Assembly: GCA_040220235.1 (NCBI GenBank)
Contig: JAVJTO010000120.1
From: Coleofasciculus sp. B1-GNL1-01
GTDB lineage: Bacteria > Cyanobacteriota > Cyanobacteriia > Cyanobacteriales > Coleofasciculaceae
Direction: 5' to 3' (one strand)
Length of the DNA: 22,658 nucleotides
In this document: positions 6,717 through 16,194 of the stretch, in pieces
Layout of the letters: each line of letters begins with the position of its first letter
Numbering within the stretch: the stretch's first letter is position 1
Position numbers and translations under genes: made by a program
Notes under the pieces: model-generated
Databases searched by the model: none
Told to the model about the DNA's origin: nothing
The model's input: only the letters and a program-made list of their open reading frames with translations

Positions 6717-8102
6717 ATGAGTACAACAACCGTCAATCCCTTTTTAGCAGGAAACTTTGCCCCAGTCCAGAATGAAATCACGGCGGATGAACTAACCGTG
6801 ATTGGTGAACTTCCTCAGGACTTATCGGGGATGTTTGTCCGCAATGGTCCAAATCCTCAGTTTCCCTCTAGCGAGAACTATCACTGGTTTGGCGGCGATG
6901 GGATGTTACATGGAGTACACATTCGTCATGGTAAAGCCTCTTACCGCGATCGCTATATCCGGACTCCCAGGTTTGAAAAAGAGCGAGAAACAGGTCAGCC
7001 TCTTGAGGGGTTAACCGCATCAGTTCAGAATCAGGAGTCCTCACCCTCGTTGACAAATAGAGCCAATACCTCGGTTATTTGGCATTCGGGTCATTTTCTA
7101 GCGCTGTACGAAGGGGGAGAACCCTATGGGATTAAGCTTCCGGAATTAGAGACGATTGGGGCTTATACCTTCGAGGATAAGTTAGCCTCTGCCTTCACAG
7201 CACATCCCAAGATTGATCCAGTCACAGGCGAAATGATGTTTTTTGGCTACTCTCCCCAGCCACCCTTCTTAACCTATAGCATTGTTTCGCGATCGGGTGA
7301 ATTGGTGCGTACTGTGCCAATTGACTTGCCTGAACCTGTAATGATGCATGATTTTGCCATTACCCAAGATTACACCCTGTTTATGGATCTGCCGATGGTG
7401 TTTAATCCCCAGGGAGAGGCTATGCTTCAGTTTAAATCTGAACGTCCCAGTCGGTTCGGTATTGTTCCCCGTCACGGTGACAACAGTAATATCCGTTGGT
7501 TTGAAAGTCCGTCCTGCTATGCCTTTCATATTCTGAATGCTTATCAGGAAGGGGATGAGGTGGTACTGATTGCTTGTCGGATGAGTTCATGCACTGTGTT
7601 AACCGCTTCGGAGAAAACAGGGAGTGATCCGGATTCAAATAAGCCTCGGTTGTATCAGTGGCGGTTTAACCTTCGCACAGGTAATGTGCAAGAAGGGCTA
7701 ATAGATGAACGCCTCTCCGAGTTTCCTCGCATTAATGAGCAGTTAATCGGACGCAAAATGCGCTATGGTTACACGGCAAAGATTGCAGATAATCCGATGC
7801 CATTGTTTGAGGGTGTGATTAAATATGACTTTAGCAATGATACCTCCCAGGTTCATAGCTATGGGGCGGGACGTTATGGCGGTGAGGTGGTATTTGCGCC
7901 GCGTCCCCAGGGAACGGCTGAAGATGATGGCTGGCTTGTCACGTTTGTCCATGATGAAAATTCAGGAACCTCTGAACTGGTGGTGTTAAATGCTCAAGAT
8001 TTGACAGGGGAACCTGTGGCGCGGGTTTTGATCCCTCAACGAGTTCCCTATGGGTTTCATGGGACTTGGGTGACTCAAGAACAGTTAATTCATTTAATTT
8101 AA
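6717..8102 (+). CDS. Carotenoid oxygenase (RPE65/CCD) family dioxygenase
   Basis: GNFAPV, RNGPNP and four Fe-binding His (TAHPK, MMHDF, AFHIL, GFHG). AGGTG lies upstream of ATG 6717; alternative start 6702. Confidence 0.95.
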   Translation: MSTTTVNPFLAGNFAPVQNEITADELTVIGELPQDLSGMFVRNGPNPQFPSSENYHWFGGDGMLHGVHIRHGKASYRDRYIRTPRFEKERETGQPLEGLTASVQNQESSPSLTNRANTSVIWHSGHFLALYEGGEPYGIKLPELETIGAYTFEDKLASAFTAHPKIDPVTGEMMFFGYSPQPPFLTYSIVSRSGELVRTVPIDLPEPVMMHDFAITQDYTLFMDLPMVFNPQGEAMLQFKSERPSRFGIVPRHGDNSNIRWFESPSCYAFHILNAYQEGDEVVLIACRMSSCTVLTASEKTGSDPDSNKPRLYQWRFNLRTGNVQEGLIDERLSEFPRINEQLIGRKMRYGYTAKIADNPMPLFEGVIKYDFSNDTSQVHSYGAGRYGGEVVFAPRPQGTAEDDGWLVTFVHDENSGTSELVVLNAQDLTGEPVARVLIPQRVPYGFHGTWVTQEQLIHLI

Positions 8103-8108
8103 GCTTAG

Positions 8109-8175
8109 GTAAGGGCGGGTTTTGTTGAAATGTTATCGGTAAGCCCATCTTTTTAACGGCTAAACCCGCCCCTAC
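8109..8175. repeat. Long REP-like inverted repeat
   Basis: GTAAGGGCGGGTTT...AAACCCGCCCCTAC just after the oxygenase stop. Confidence 0.8.
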
Positions 8176-8302
8176 AGGGTGAATGTCTTGAGAGTTATGT
8201 GCTTTCAAATTTCATATTCCCCTTTATAACTCAGTCCGCGCAGGCGGAGGCAAGTTTGTGTAACTATGACTTTCAGTCACCGACGTATCAAGGACGTTAC
8301 TA

Positions 8303-9052
8303 TTAGTTTTTTGGACAAACGCTACGGCTTTCGCCAATCTGGAGATCAACACAACCTGCATAGTCCATCGCTGGAGTATTGGCTGGTTTGAACACTAATA
8401 CTGCTGTTGTACCTGATGCATCTCCATGCTTGATTAATAAGTCTCCCTCTAAGAACCTCACATAGCCAATGGTATCCAACGAATAGGTAGAAAATTCATC
8501 CGGTAAGGATTGAGAACCTGGTACTTGGACTCGATAAATGGCGTAAGCACCCGGTTGAGGATCGATAATGAAAACGGCACTAAAATTCGTCGCCGCAAAA
8601 TAATCGAGAACTACGCCAACAGCAATGTTACCTGTTTTGGGATCAACGCTGATGCTATCTCTGACGAAACGTTGACCCCTCATGACTTTTTCAACCGGAT
8701 TGTAGGTTTCAGGATCGACGCTATTCATCAGCCGCACGTTTAGCTCATTAACGTTAATGCTATACGTCTCTCCTTGCCATTCCCATTGCAGTTGTGTGCC
8801 ATCGGAAACGATTTCAACCGATTCAGGAATAGCTGAGGCGTTTCGGCTAGCTGGTGGCGAACCTTGGGCAAAGTCCAGAGAGTCAACGATAAACTGGGTC
8901 GGAATTGATTGAGTTTTTGGCTCGTTTTGCTCTATCCTTTCTGCCTTAATTTGTCCGATACTGGGGGGCGATTTAACGATAAAACTGAGAGAGCTAATCA
9001 GGGTTACCAGTAGAAAAAGAGTATATTGAGCTACTTTTGATGGCGTTGGCAT
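8303..9052 (-). CDS. Hypothetical exported protein (249 aa from ATG 9052)
   Basis: Long ORF. Hydrophobic signal-like TLFLLVTLISSLSFIV follows this ATG. Beta-rich body with two C-terminal Cys. Confidence 0.7.
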   Translation of the reverse strand: MPTPSKVAQYTLFLLVTLISSLSFIVKSPPSIGQIKAERIEQNEPKTQSIPTQFIVDSLDFAQGSPPASRNASAIPESVEIVSDGTQLQWEWQGETYSINVNELNVRLMNSVDPETYNPVEKVMRGQRFVRDSISVDPKTGNIAVGVVLDYFAATNFSAVFIIDPQPGAYAIYRVQVPGSQSLPDEFSTYSLDTIGYVRFLEGDLLIKHGDASGTTAVLVFKPANTPAMDYAGCVDLQIGESRSVCPKN

Positions 9053-9244
9053 TAGAGAATAATTGTTAACTAATTTCTCAGGATAGATAGACGTTTGTTT
9101 ACTCAGTTTGTTCCATAATATATCCGCCTCAAAAAATTCAGCACCTGTATGATCCTGTGTATTCCCGGAGTGTAGAAGAGACTTGTTATAGCGTGTCTGG
9201 GTTATATTCAACTCTTGCACCATTCTCAATAAGTAAAACTGTCG

Positions 9245-9362
9245 TGGTGTGACACAGCTAAAATTGTGGAATAGATTTCACCATTGAATCGGGCGCACGT
9301 CTGTGCGCCCCTACGGTTTCCGGGTGTCAGGTTAATTCATCTTGCTTAGATGTGCCACGCCA
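9245..9362. mobile_element. MITE-like element (TGGTGTGACACA...TGTGCCACGCCA) with an internal REP-like palindrome
   Basis: Imperfect TIR. 5' half repeated at 11911-11966; 3' half resembles about 4346-4422. Confidence 0.65.
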
Positions 9363-9599
9363 GTAACCAGTAGGGCGAGGAGATCGTTCGCGTAGTGTTT
9401 CCGAAGGGTAGTGTAATGCTCCATTGCTCAAGGTTTTGAGGCTTACTGCTGCCGCCTAATTTAGGTCATACTAAGCCGATTGCAATTAGTGCAACATATC
9501 ACTTAGGGTACGACTGATAGTATAACTCTAGGATGAGGTGGAACAAACGTATAATACTTATACTAGATTCAATCGTTTGATTAAGCTAAAGAGATAGGT

Positions 9600-9959
9600 A
9601 TGGATTTGCAAAACCTTCAAGAGAAAGGGAAAAATGTAGTGAATCAAGTCACGAATACGCTGGAAGAAAAAGGACAACAGGTTAAAGAACAGATTACCAA
9701 TACGACTCAAGATAAAGCGTCAGAGCTGTCTGAGGAGGCGATAACAACGGCAGTTGATCGCGCTGTCAATGTGATGCAAATTGCTAGTAAACGGGTTATT
9801 GAAAAAGATATTCCGACGGAAAATGTATCGTTAGAAGTTAGTGTGAATGTGATGGGTTTAGGGCAACTGAAAATGAAAACGGATGTCCCTAAAGCGGGAG
9901 AATTCCAAGAGGTTGATGTGGATGTTACTGAAAAAGGGGAAGCCGGGGGCGTAAGTTGA
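9600..9959 (+). CDS. Hypothetical protein (119 aa) with LEA-like amphipathic N-terminus
   Basis: Clean ORF with purine-rich upstream sequence. Repeated EKG..V..Q.TNT. Confidence 0.75.
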   Translation: MDLQNLQEKGKNVVNQVTNTLEEKGQQVKEQITNTTQDKASELSEEAITTAVDRAVNVMQIASKRVIEKDIPTENVSLEVSVNVMGLGQLKMKTDVPKAGEFQEVDVDVTEKGEAGGVS

Positions 9960-10003
9960 AATCTGTTTTAGGTTATATTAAACAGGTTCGCTTTCACCCG
10001 TCC

Positions 10004-10053
10004 GCCAAGAACTCAAGTTCTTGGCTTATAGCTTAAGTTGGTTAAAACCAACT
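10004..10053. repeat. Double-hairpin dispersed repeat, copy 2
   Basis: GCCAAGAACT-ca-AGTTCTTGGC, linker TTATAGCTTA, then AGTTGGTT-aa-AACCAACT. Confidence 0.75.
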
Positions 10054-10251
10054 GATTTATTAGCATTAAAAATATTTTTTACAGTGAATATATCTCCCTG
10101 CCCTTTAGAAACTCGTGACGCGATTCGGACTCGGGTGACTCGTTGTGATTAGAGTGTGGAGCAAGTGTCCTGGTATTTTGCCCCTCAATGAAATCTGGTC
10201 TGACCTGGCTGAGGATATAACTAAAATATCCATATTCTATCAGACATGATA

Positions 10252-11499
10252 TCATTCATTTCCAGGTGGTAGAGGTTCGGGTATTACTGTCAATTCCAAG
10301 GTGTCACCATTCCGTTGCACTTCTAAAGGTAAGGGATTATCGACGCCATTTGCTTCAACTAACTGTTGAACGGTTTCCGCCTCGGTCACAGATTGATTGT
10401 CAATTGCTTGGATAACATCACCTGCTTCCAATCCCGCTTCATCAGCCGGAGAATTGGGCATAACCCGAACAATCAGGATGCCTTCATCTGGCTGAACTTG
10501 CATCGTATTGTTGGGATTCGTATTGATTTTTTGTTTAATGTCTGGTGTCAGTGCTACCATTTGAATACCAAGGTAAGGATGTTCAACTTTTCCCTGAGTA
10601 ATCAGTTGTTGAGAAATTTGTTTGGCGATGTCAATGGGAATAGCAAAACCGAGTCCCTGCGCTCCTTGGATAATGGCAGTATTTACGCCAATGACTTCAC
10701 CTCGCGCATTTAGTAAAGGTCCACCAGAGTTACCGGGGTTAATGGCGGCGTCAGTTTGAATAAAGCCAATTCGTTTATCAGGAACACCAACTTCGCTACT
10801 AGACCGATCAATGCCACTAATTACGCCGACGGTTACTGTTTCTTGTAACCCTAAAGGATTTCCGATCGCTATCGCCCATTGTCCGGTTTGTAAGTCTTGA
10901 GAATTGCCCAGTTCCACCGTTGGCAAGTCGTCGGCGGATACTTTGACTACAGCAATATCAGTGACAGGATCTTCGCCCAACACTTCACCTTCAAATGTGC
11001 GACCATCGGGAAAGGATACGGTTACGGTGTCGGCTTGATTAACGACGTGAGCATTGGTGATAATTTCTCCATTATCACTAATCACAAAACCCGAACCAAT
11101 ACCCCGCACAGTTCGTTCTTGAGGCTGGGGAACTGCGCCACCAAAAAAACGCCGGAAGAAGGGGTCATTAAAGGTATCGGGAATCTGGGGTTCTACGGTT
11201 TTTTCGGTGTTAATTCGTACTACTGCGGGTTCAACCTTGTTCACTACATCAACGACAAAGTTGGTATCTTCAGGGGTTGGCTCTAGGGCGCGATCGCGGA
11301 TATCATTGTCATCTTCAACCACTTGAGCTGTGGTTTGTTGCTCAGAAGAGACTGTGGAGGGGTTAGAGCAGCCTGCTACACCCAAAATGGTAATCCCTGT
11401 GCCAATCAGGGATAGCACTCTGTAAAGAGCGGCTGTTCGCTTTTCCGGTTGCTTCTGGCTAAAACGAGTGGGGTGGCGATCGCAGGATTTTGATTTCAT
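10252..11499 (-). CDS. HhoA/HhoB/HtrA family serine protease with one PDZ domain
   Basis: Triad motifs TNAHVV, DIAVV, GNSGGPL; PDZ YLGI; lipobox-like LGVAGC. Confidence 0.95.
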   Translation of the reverse strand: MKSKSCDRHPTRFSQKQPEKRTAALYRVLSLIGTGITILGVAGCSNPSTVSSEQQTTAQVVEDDNDIRDRALEPTPEDTNFVVDVVNKVEPAVVRINTEKTVEPQIPDTFNDPFFRRFFGGAVPQPQERTVRGIGSGFVISDNGEIITNAHVVNQADTVTVSFPDGRTFEGEVLGEDPVTDIAVVKVSADDLPTVELGNSQDLQTGQWAIAIGNPLGLQETVTVGVISGIDRSSSEVGVPDKRIGFIQTDAAINPGNSGGPLLNARGEVIGVNTAIIQGAQGLGFAIPIDIAKQISQQLITQGKVEHPYLGIQMVALTPDIKQKINTNPNNTMQVQPDEGILIVRVMPNSPADEAGLEAGDVIQAIDNQSVTEAETVQQLVEANGVDNPLPLEVQRNGDTLELTVIPEPLPPGNE

Positions 11500-11713
11500 G
11501 TTGCTTTATTCTCCTTATAGTGCAAATGATTAGTATAGTTCTTGTTTAAGATTTAGCTGTTCACCGCACTATTTGTCATCTGTCTAAAGAGTTCTATATT
11601 CTAGATTAGAGCTAACCCAGTTCAGAGCGATTGAAATTGTGGCTACTTGGGAATTAATTTCTGACTGGTTAATTAAAAAAATCGCCTGATGTTAGTTGGC
11701 GATGATTAAATCT

Positions 11714-12083
11714 GTAGGGGCGGGTTTTACTAAAAACGTAACAGTTGTAGGAATTAACGTATCTAAACCCGCCCCCTCTCCACCCCAATCGTGCCAAATA
11801 ATTATGCCTAATCAGGACATCCTACCAACATCATAAATTGAATAAGAGCGGGTTTTGTTGAGCATTTCGCCAGTCGCCAGCTTACTTGAATGGCTAAACT
11901 CATCCCTACAGGTGTGACACAGCTAAAATTGTGGGAGAGATTTTATGATTGAATTGGGCGCACGTCGGTCATTGGTGTCAACTTAAGCGGAAAACCCAAG
12001 CAATACCTTGACTCTACCCCACCCTAACCCTCCCCTTATCAAGGGGAGGGAACATTTCCCCCCTTAGCAAGGGGGGATTAAGG
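11714..12083. repeat. Cluster of stacked repeats (two long REP-like IRs, truncated MITE, CCCCTT-N-AAGGGG hairpins)
   Basis: 11714-11776, 11843-11910, 11911-11966, then CCCTCCCCTTATCAAGGGGAGGG and CCCCCCTTAGCAAGGGGGG. Confidence 0.75.
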
Positions 12084-12503
12084 TCGGAACGCGGTTATGC
12101 TTTTGCCAGTGGGGTTATGCTTGCTGCATCGGTGTTTGACCTGATTTTTCCGGCAATTCAACGCGGTGGTTACACCCAAGGGGTCATTGGGTTAGTTATT
12201 GGTACTATCTTTTTTATTATCAGCGAATCCTGGCTAGGCGATCGCGAACCTAAAATTGGAGAAATCCGGGGAGCTTCCGCACGGCGAGTGCTTTTAATTC
12301 TGGGAACGTTGTTTATTCATAGTTTCCCTGAAGGTGTAGCGGTGGGTGTTGGCTACGGTGCGGGTAAAACGTCCTCCCAATTAGGTCTTTTATTAGCCCT
12401 GGCAATTGGCATCCAAAATATCCCCGAACGAATAGCTGTCGCCCTACCTTTGCGGGCTGAAGGTGTGCCTGTTTCCCGTTGCATTCTTTTGGCAATTTTT
12501 TAG
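12084..12503 (+). pseudogene. ZIP/GufA family metal transporter fragment
   Basis: GYAFASGVMLAASVFDLI, HSFPEGVAVGVG, IQNIPE. The first TM and the C-terminal TMs are missing. Confidence 0.85.
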
Positions 12504-12516
12504 TTAAATTACATAG

Positions 12517-13293
12517 TTAATTTTTGGCTATTGCAATAAAATTAGAGGCTTGAAACGGATACTGCAAAGCATTATTGAATCGCTCATAGTCAAGGGGCGG
12601 GTTGTCTTTCAGAAAATCTTTTAACAGAAAGACTGAATAGGATTGGTGTTGGGTTAAAAACTCGAATATTTGGGTGGACGTGAAGCCAGAACGAGATAAT
12701 CCTGCCCTGTTACACTCGAATAATAGAGCAGGACGATAACGTTTCAGTGTATCTACCGCTCCACGTAGCACTGCTAATTCATAACCTTCCACATCAATTT
12801 TAATGAAATCCACACGGTACTCAGGACTAAGAATGTTGTCTAACCGTTCACATTGAATACTGATTTCCAAAAATGTTTCTTTGTTCTTAGGATTAGGCTT
12901 CCCAAGTCCACTGAAACCTGAGCGACCAGTATTGACATAAAATTTTGTTTCACCCGACGTATCACTAAGGGCTATGTCTCTAATCTCAATTTCGGGGAAT
13001 TTCTGTTTCAGCCAACGTGCTTTATAGGATGTTGGCTCAAAGGCTATGTGATGTCCCTTGGGTGCTAGCCTTAGAATATCACTGAGCGTTGAGCCGAGAT
13101 GACAGCCGATATCTAAACAGTTGGCAGAATCAAAGAGGATGCGCTGCATTGCCTGCTCAATCCTCAATGGTTCCATGTAAAGTTCACCAAGTTCAGGACG
13201 CTGGCTACGCCGCCTGAATTTAAGTAGTTTTTGTATTTTCTGAGCGGGTTTTTCAAAAGGTGTACGAATAAGCAAATGTTTGATGTATTCCAT
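12517..13293 (-). CDS. FkbM family methyltransferase
   Basis: LDIGCHLG, AFEP, FIKIDVEGYE. Alternative TTG start at 13305. Confidence 0.92.
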   Translation of the reverse strand: MEYIKHLLIRTPFEKPAQKIQKLLKFRRRSQRPELGELYMEPLRIEQAMQRILFDSANCLDIGCHLGSTLSDILRLAPKGHHIAFEPTSYKARWLKQKFPEIEIRDIALSDTSGETKFYVNTGRSGFSGLGKPNPKNKETFLEISIQCERLDNILSPEYRVDFIKIDVEGYELAVLRGAVDTLKRYRPALLFECNRAGLSRSGFTSTQIFEFLTQHQSYSVFLLKDFLKDNPPLDYERFNNALQYPFQASNFIAIAKN

Positions 13294-13322
13294 AGCAAAT
13301 TTCAACCTTAAATTAATCTTTG

Positions 13323-16103
13323 TTATATCTTGTTTTTCTGAGATTTGTATCGACGCAACCCTTTATCCAATTCCATTGCCCAAATCACAATCGTACTCAT
13401 GGCGAGACTGATGCCTAAATCATACAATGACAACCCTGTGGTATTAAAAATGTCCTGTAAGAAGGGGACATACACCACCGCCAATTGTAATAAAAAGGTT
13501 AAAACAACTGCGCCTAATAAGGGCTTATTTGACAGTAAATTTAAACGAAATAGGGATTCTTGCTCCGATCGCATGCTTTGAGCCAAACCGATACGGGAAA
13601 ATGCCAATATACTAAATACCATCGTCTGCCAAGCTGCTTGACCCGTAAACCAATAGTGATAATCAACGACTAATAAAACAAGTCCTAGGAGTAACCCAAT
13701 CCAAACAATATCTCGACCAACCCCCCGACTAAAGATACTCTCTTGCGGATTATGAGGTGGGCGGGACATGATATTCGGCTCCGCTGGTTCGACGCCTAAT
13801 GCCAAGGCTAACAATCCATCCGCTAATAAATTAATCCAGAGAATTTGTAAGGGAAGTAGCGGTAAAGGCATCCCTAAGAATGGCGCTAATATAATTACCC
13901 ACAGTTCACCACAGTTCCCGGTTAATGTATATTTAATAAACTTACGGACGTTATCGTAAATGACTCGTCCTTCTTGAGTCGCTGCTACAATCGTGGCAAA
14001 GTTATCATCCAACAGCACCATATCGGCGGCTTCTTTCGCCACATCTGTCCCCGTCAACCCCATGGCTACACCAATCTCGGCTTTTTTTAAAGCGGGTGCA
14101 TCGTTGACGCCATCCCCTGTCATTGCCACAACATGTCCCCGGTTTTGCAGCGCTTGGACAATTTCTAATTTGTTCTGGGGCGAAACTCTGGCATAAATAG
14201 ACACCTGATCAACTTTTTCGGTTAACTCTGAGGCGGATAGTTTTGCCATATCCTGACCCGTTAACAGTAAACCATTGGTAGAAATACCTACGTCTGAAGC
14301 AATATGGCGAGCGGTTAGGGGATGATCGCCAGTAATCATGATCGGACGAATTCCCGCTTTCTGACAGGTCAAAACCGCCTGTTTTACTTCTGGACGGGGC
14401 GGATCAATCATACCAATCATACCGATGAAAATCAGGTCTTTTTCGAGAATATCCTCGTCTCGTTCTAGGGGAAGTGTGGCGAGGAGGTGAGAGTCTACGG
14501 GACGAACGGCGATACCCAGGACACGGATTCCATTTTCAGCCAGTTGGTTGTTGGCATGAGAAATTTGCTCATACCTGCTATTATCTAATCGAGTAATCTG
14601 ATCATCGAGCCAAACCTGGCTAGAAATCTCTAAGAGACTATCAACCGCACCTTTAGTAAAGGCAATATAGGGCGCATGATTAAACAGTAATTCCCAAGGC
14701 TTGAGCCAACTTAGTTCCTCTGGACATTTATCGGGGGTGGTGGGAAGGGGGTGAACCGTCGTCATCCGCTTGCGTTCCGCGTCAAAGGGAACCTCGGTTA
14801 TCCGTTCAAAATCATGTTCTATATCCGTTTTCCATAACCCAAAACGGGTGGCGGCGACAATCAAAGCGGTTTCTGTGGGATCACCGAGAACCCGGATTGG
14901 GTTGGATTGCTCCAGATGAAACTCTGCGATCGCATCATTACACAGCGTCGCCGCCGTGAGTAGTAAGGCGACTGTGGGTTCTTCTTTTAACCGTTGGGAC
15001 TGTTCATCCTTTTCCGAGGGCATCATTAACTCATCGAGTTCTGGCATAGTTAACTCAATTTGCTGCCCAATCAAATCCAGACGAGTAACCGTCATCCGAT
15101 TTTGGGTGAGAGTCCCGGTTTTGTCTGAGCAAATTGTGGTGACGGAACCCAAGGTTTCTACGGCGGGTAATTTCCGAATCAGGGCTTTCTGTTTCAGCAT
15201 CCGTTGAGCGCCCAAGGCTAAGGCGATGGTGACAACGGCGGGTAATCCTTCGGGAATCGCCGCAACTGCTAAACTAACCGCCATGAGGAACATTAAGCGA
15301 ACCGATTCCCCCTGGAGTAGTCCCAACCCAAAGATAACCAGGACTAGAATTAAAATCGCGATCGCTAATACCCATCCCAGTTGATCTAATCGTTGCTGGA
15401 GGGGGGTGGCTTCCCGTTCTATCCCTTGAATCGCTTTGGCAATCTGACCCAATTCCGTCTTCATGCCTGTTTCGGTGACGACGGCTAATGCCCGCCCATA
15501 ACTAATCACTGTACCCATATACGCCATATTCTGCCGTTCTGCCAAAGGCAGATTCGCCGTGGCAATCCGTTGGGCAAATTTATCGATGGGTTCAGATTCC
15601 CCGGTGAGGGAGGCTTCTGAGGTGCGGAGGTTGGTACTTTCGAGCAACCGACAGTCCGCCGGGACTAAGTTCCCGGCTTCTAGGATAACGATATCCCCCG
15701 GCACCAGTTCACGGGCGGAAAGTTGCTCTAGGATGCCATCGCGACGCACTTTCACCGTCGGCACCGCCAGCTTTTTCAGCGCTGCGATTGACTGTTCAGC
15801 TTGGTATTCTTGGCGAAAACCGAGGATGGCATTAAATACCACGATTGAGAAGATCGCGATCGCATCCTTATATTCACCCAACACCGCCGAAATCACCGCC
15901 GCTATAATCAACACCACCACAACGGTTGCTGTAAACTGCTCCCAGAGAATTTTCCAGGGACTTTCCAGGGGGCGATCAGTTAACTCATTGAGTCCGTAGA
16001 TGTCCTGACGTTGACGAGCCTCGTTCTCACTTAACCCGATGGCGGCATCGGTATTAAGCTGTTTGAGAACATCGACAAGATTGAGGGTGTACCAGGTAGT
16101 CAT
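13323..16103 (-). CDS. Cation-translocating P-type ATPase (P2A, Ca2+-type)
   Basis: TGES, PEGL, DKTGTLT, KGA, TGD and GDGVND motifs. Confidence 0.96.
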   Translation of the reverse strand: MTTWYTLNLVDVLKQLNTDAAIGLSENEARQRQDIYGLNELTDRPLESPWKILWEQFTATVVVVLIIAAVISAVLGEYKDAIAIFSIVVFNAILGFRQEYQAEQSIAALKKLAVPTVKVRRDGILEQLSARELVPGDIVILEAGNLVPADCRLLESTNLRTSEASLTGESEPIDKFAQRIATANLPLAERQNMAYMGTVISYGRALAVVTETGMKTELGQIAKAIQGIEREATPLQQRLDQLGWVLAIAILILVLVIFGLGLLQGESVRLMFLMAVSLAVAAIPEGLPAVVTIALALGAQRMLKQKALIRKLPAVETLGSVTTICSDKTGTLTQNRMTVTRLDLIGQQIELTMPELDELMMPSEKDEQSQRLKEEPTVALLLTAATLCNDAIAEFHLEQSNPIRVLGDPTETALIVAATRFGLWKTDIEHDFERITEVPFDAERKRMTTVHPLPTTPDKCPEELSWLKPWELLFNHAPYIAFTKGAVDSLLEISSQVWLDDQITRLDNSRYEQISHANNQLAENGIRVLGIAVRPVDSHLLATLPLERDEDILEKDLIFIGMIGMIDPPRPEVKQAVLTCQKAGIRPIMITGDHPLTARHIASDVGISTNGLLLTGQDMAKLSASELTEKVDQVSIYARVSPQNKLEIVQALQNRGHVVAMTGDGVNDAPALKKAEIGVAMGLTGTDVAKEAADMVLLDDNFATIVAATQEGRVIYDNVRKFIKYTLTGNCGELWVIILAPFLGMPLPLLPLQILWINLLADGLLALALGVEPAEPNIMSRPPHNPQESIFSRGVGRDIVWIGLLLGLVLLVVDYHYWFTGQAAWQTMVFSILAFSRIGLAQSMRSEQESLFRLNLLSNKPLLGAVVLTFLLQLAVVYVPFLQDIFNTTGLSLYDLGISLAMSTIVIWAMELDKGLRRYKSQKNKI

Positions 16104-16190
16104 TGGTCATTCGTCCTTTGTCCGTTGTCCTTTGTCATTAGTCCTTTGTCTTTTATCCGGTTCAAAAAATAGCCAATGACCAATGACTAA
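16103..16190. repeat. STRR2-like heptamer tract
   Basis: Seven degenerate TT(T/G)GTC(C/A) units at 16103-16151, plus inverted units at about 16173-16190. Confidence 0.75.
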
Positions 16191-16194
16191 AGAT

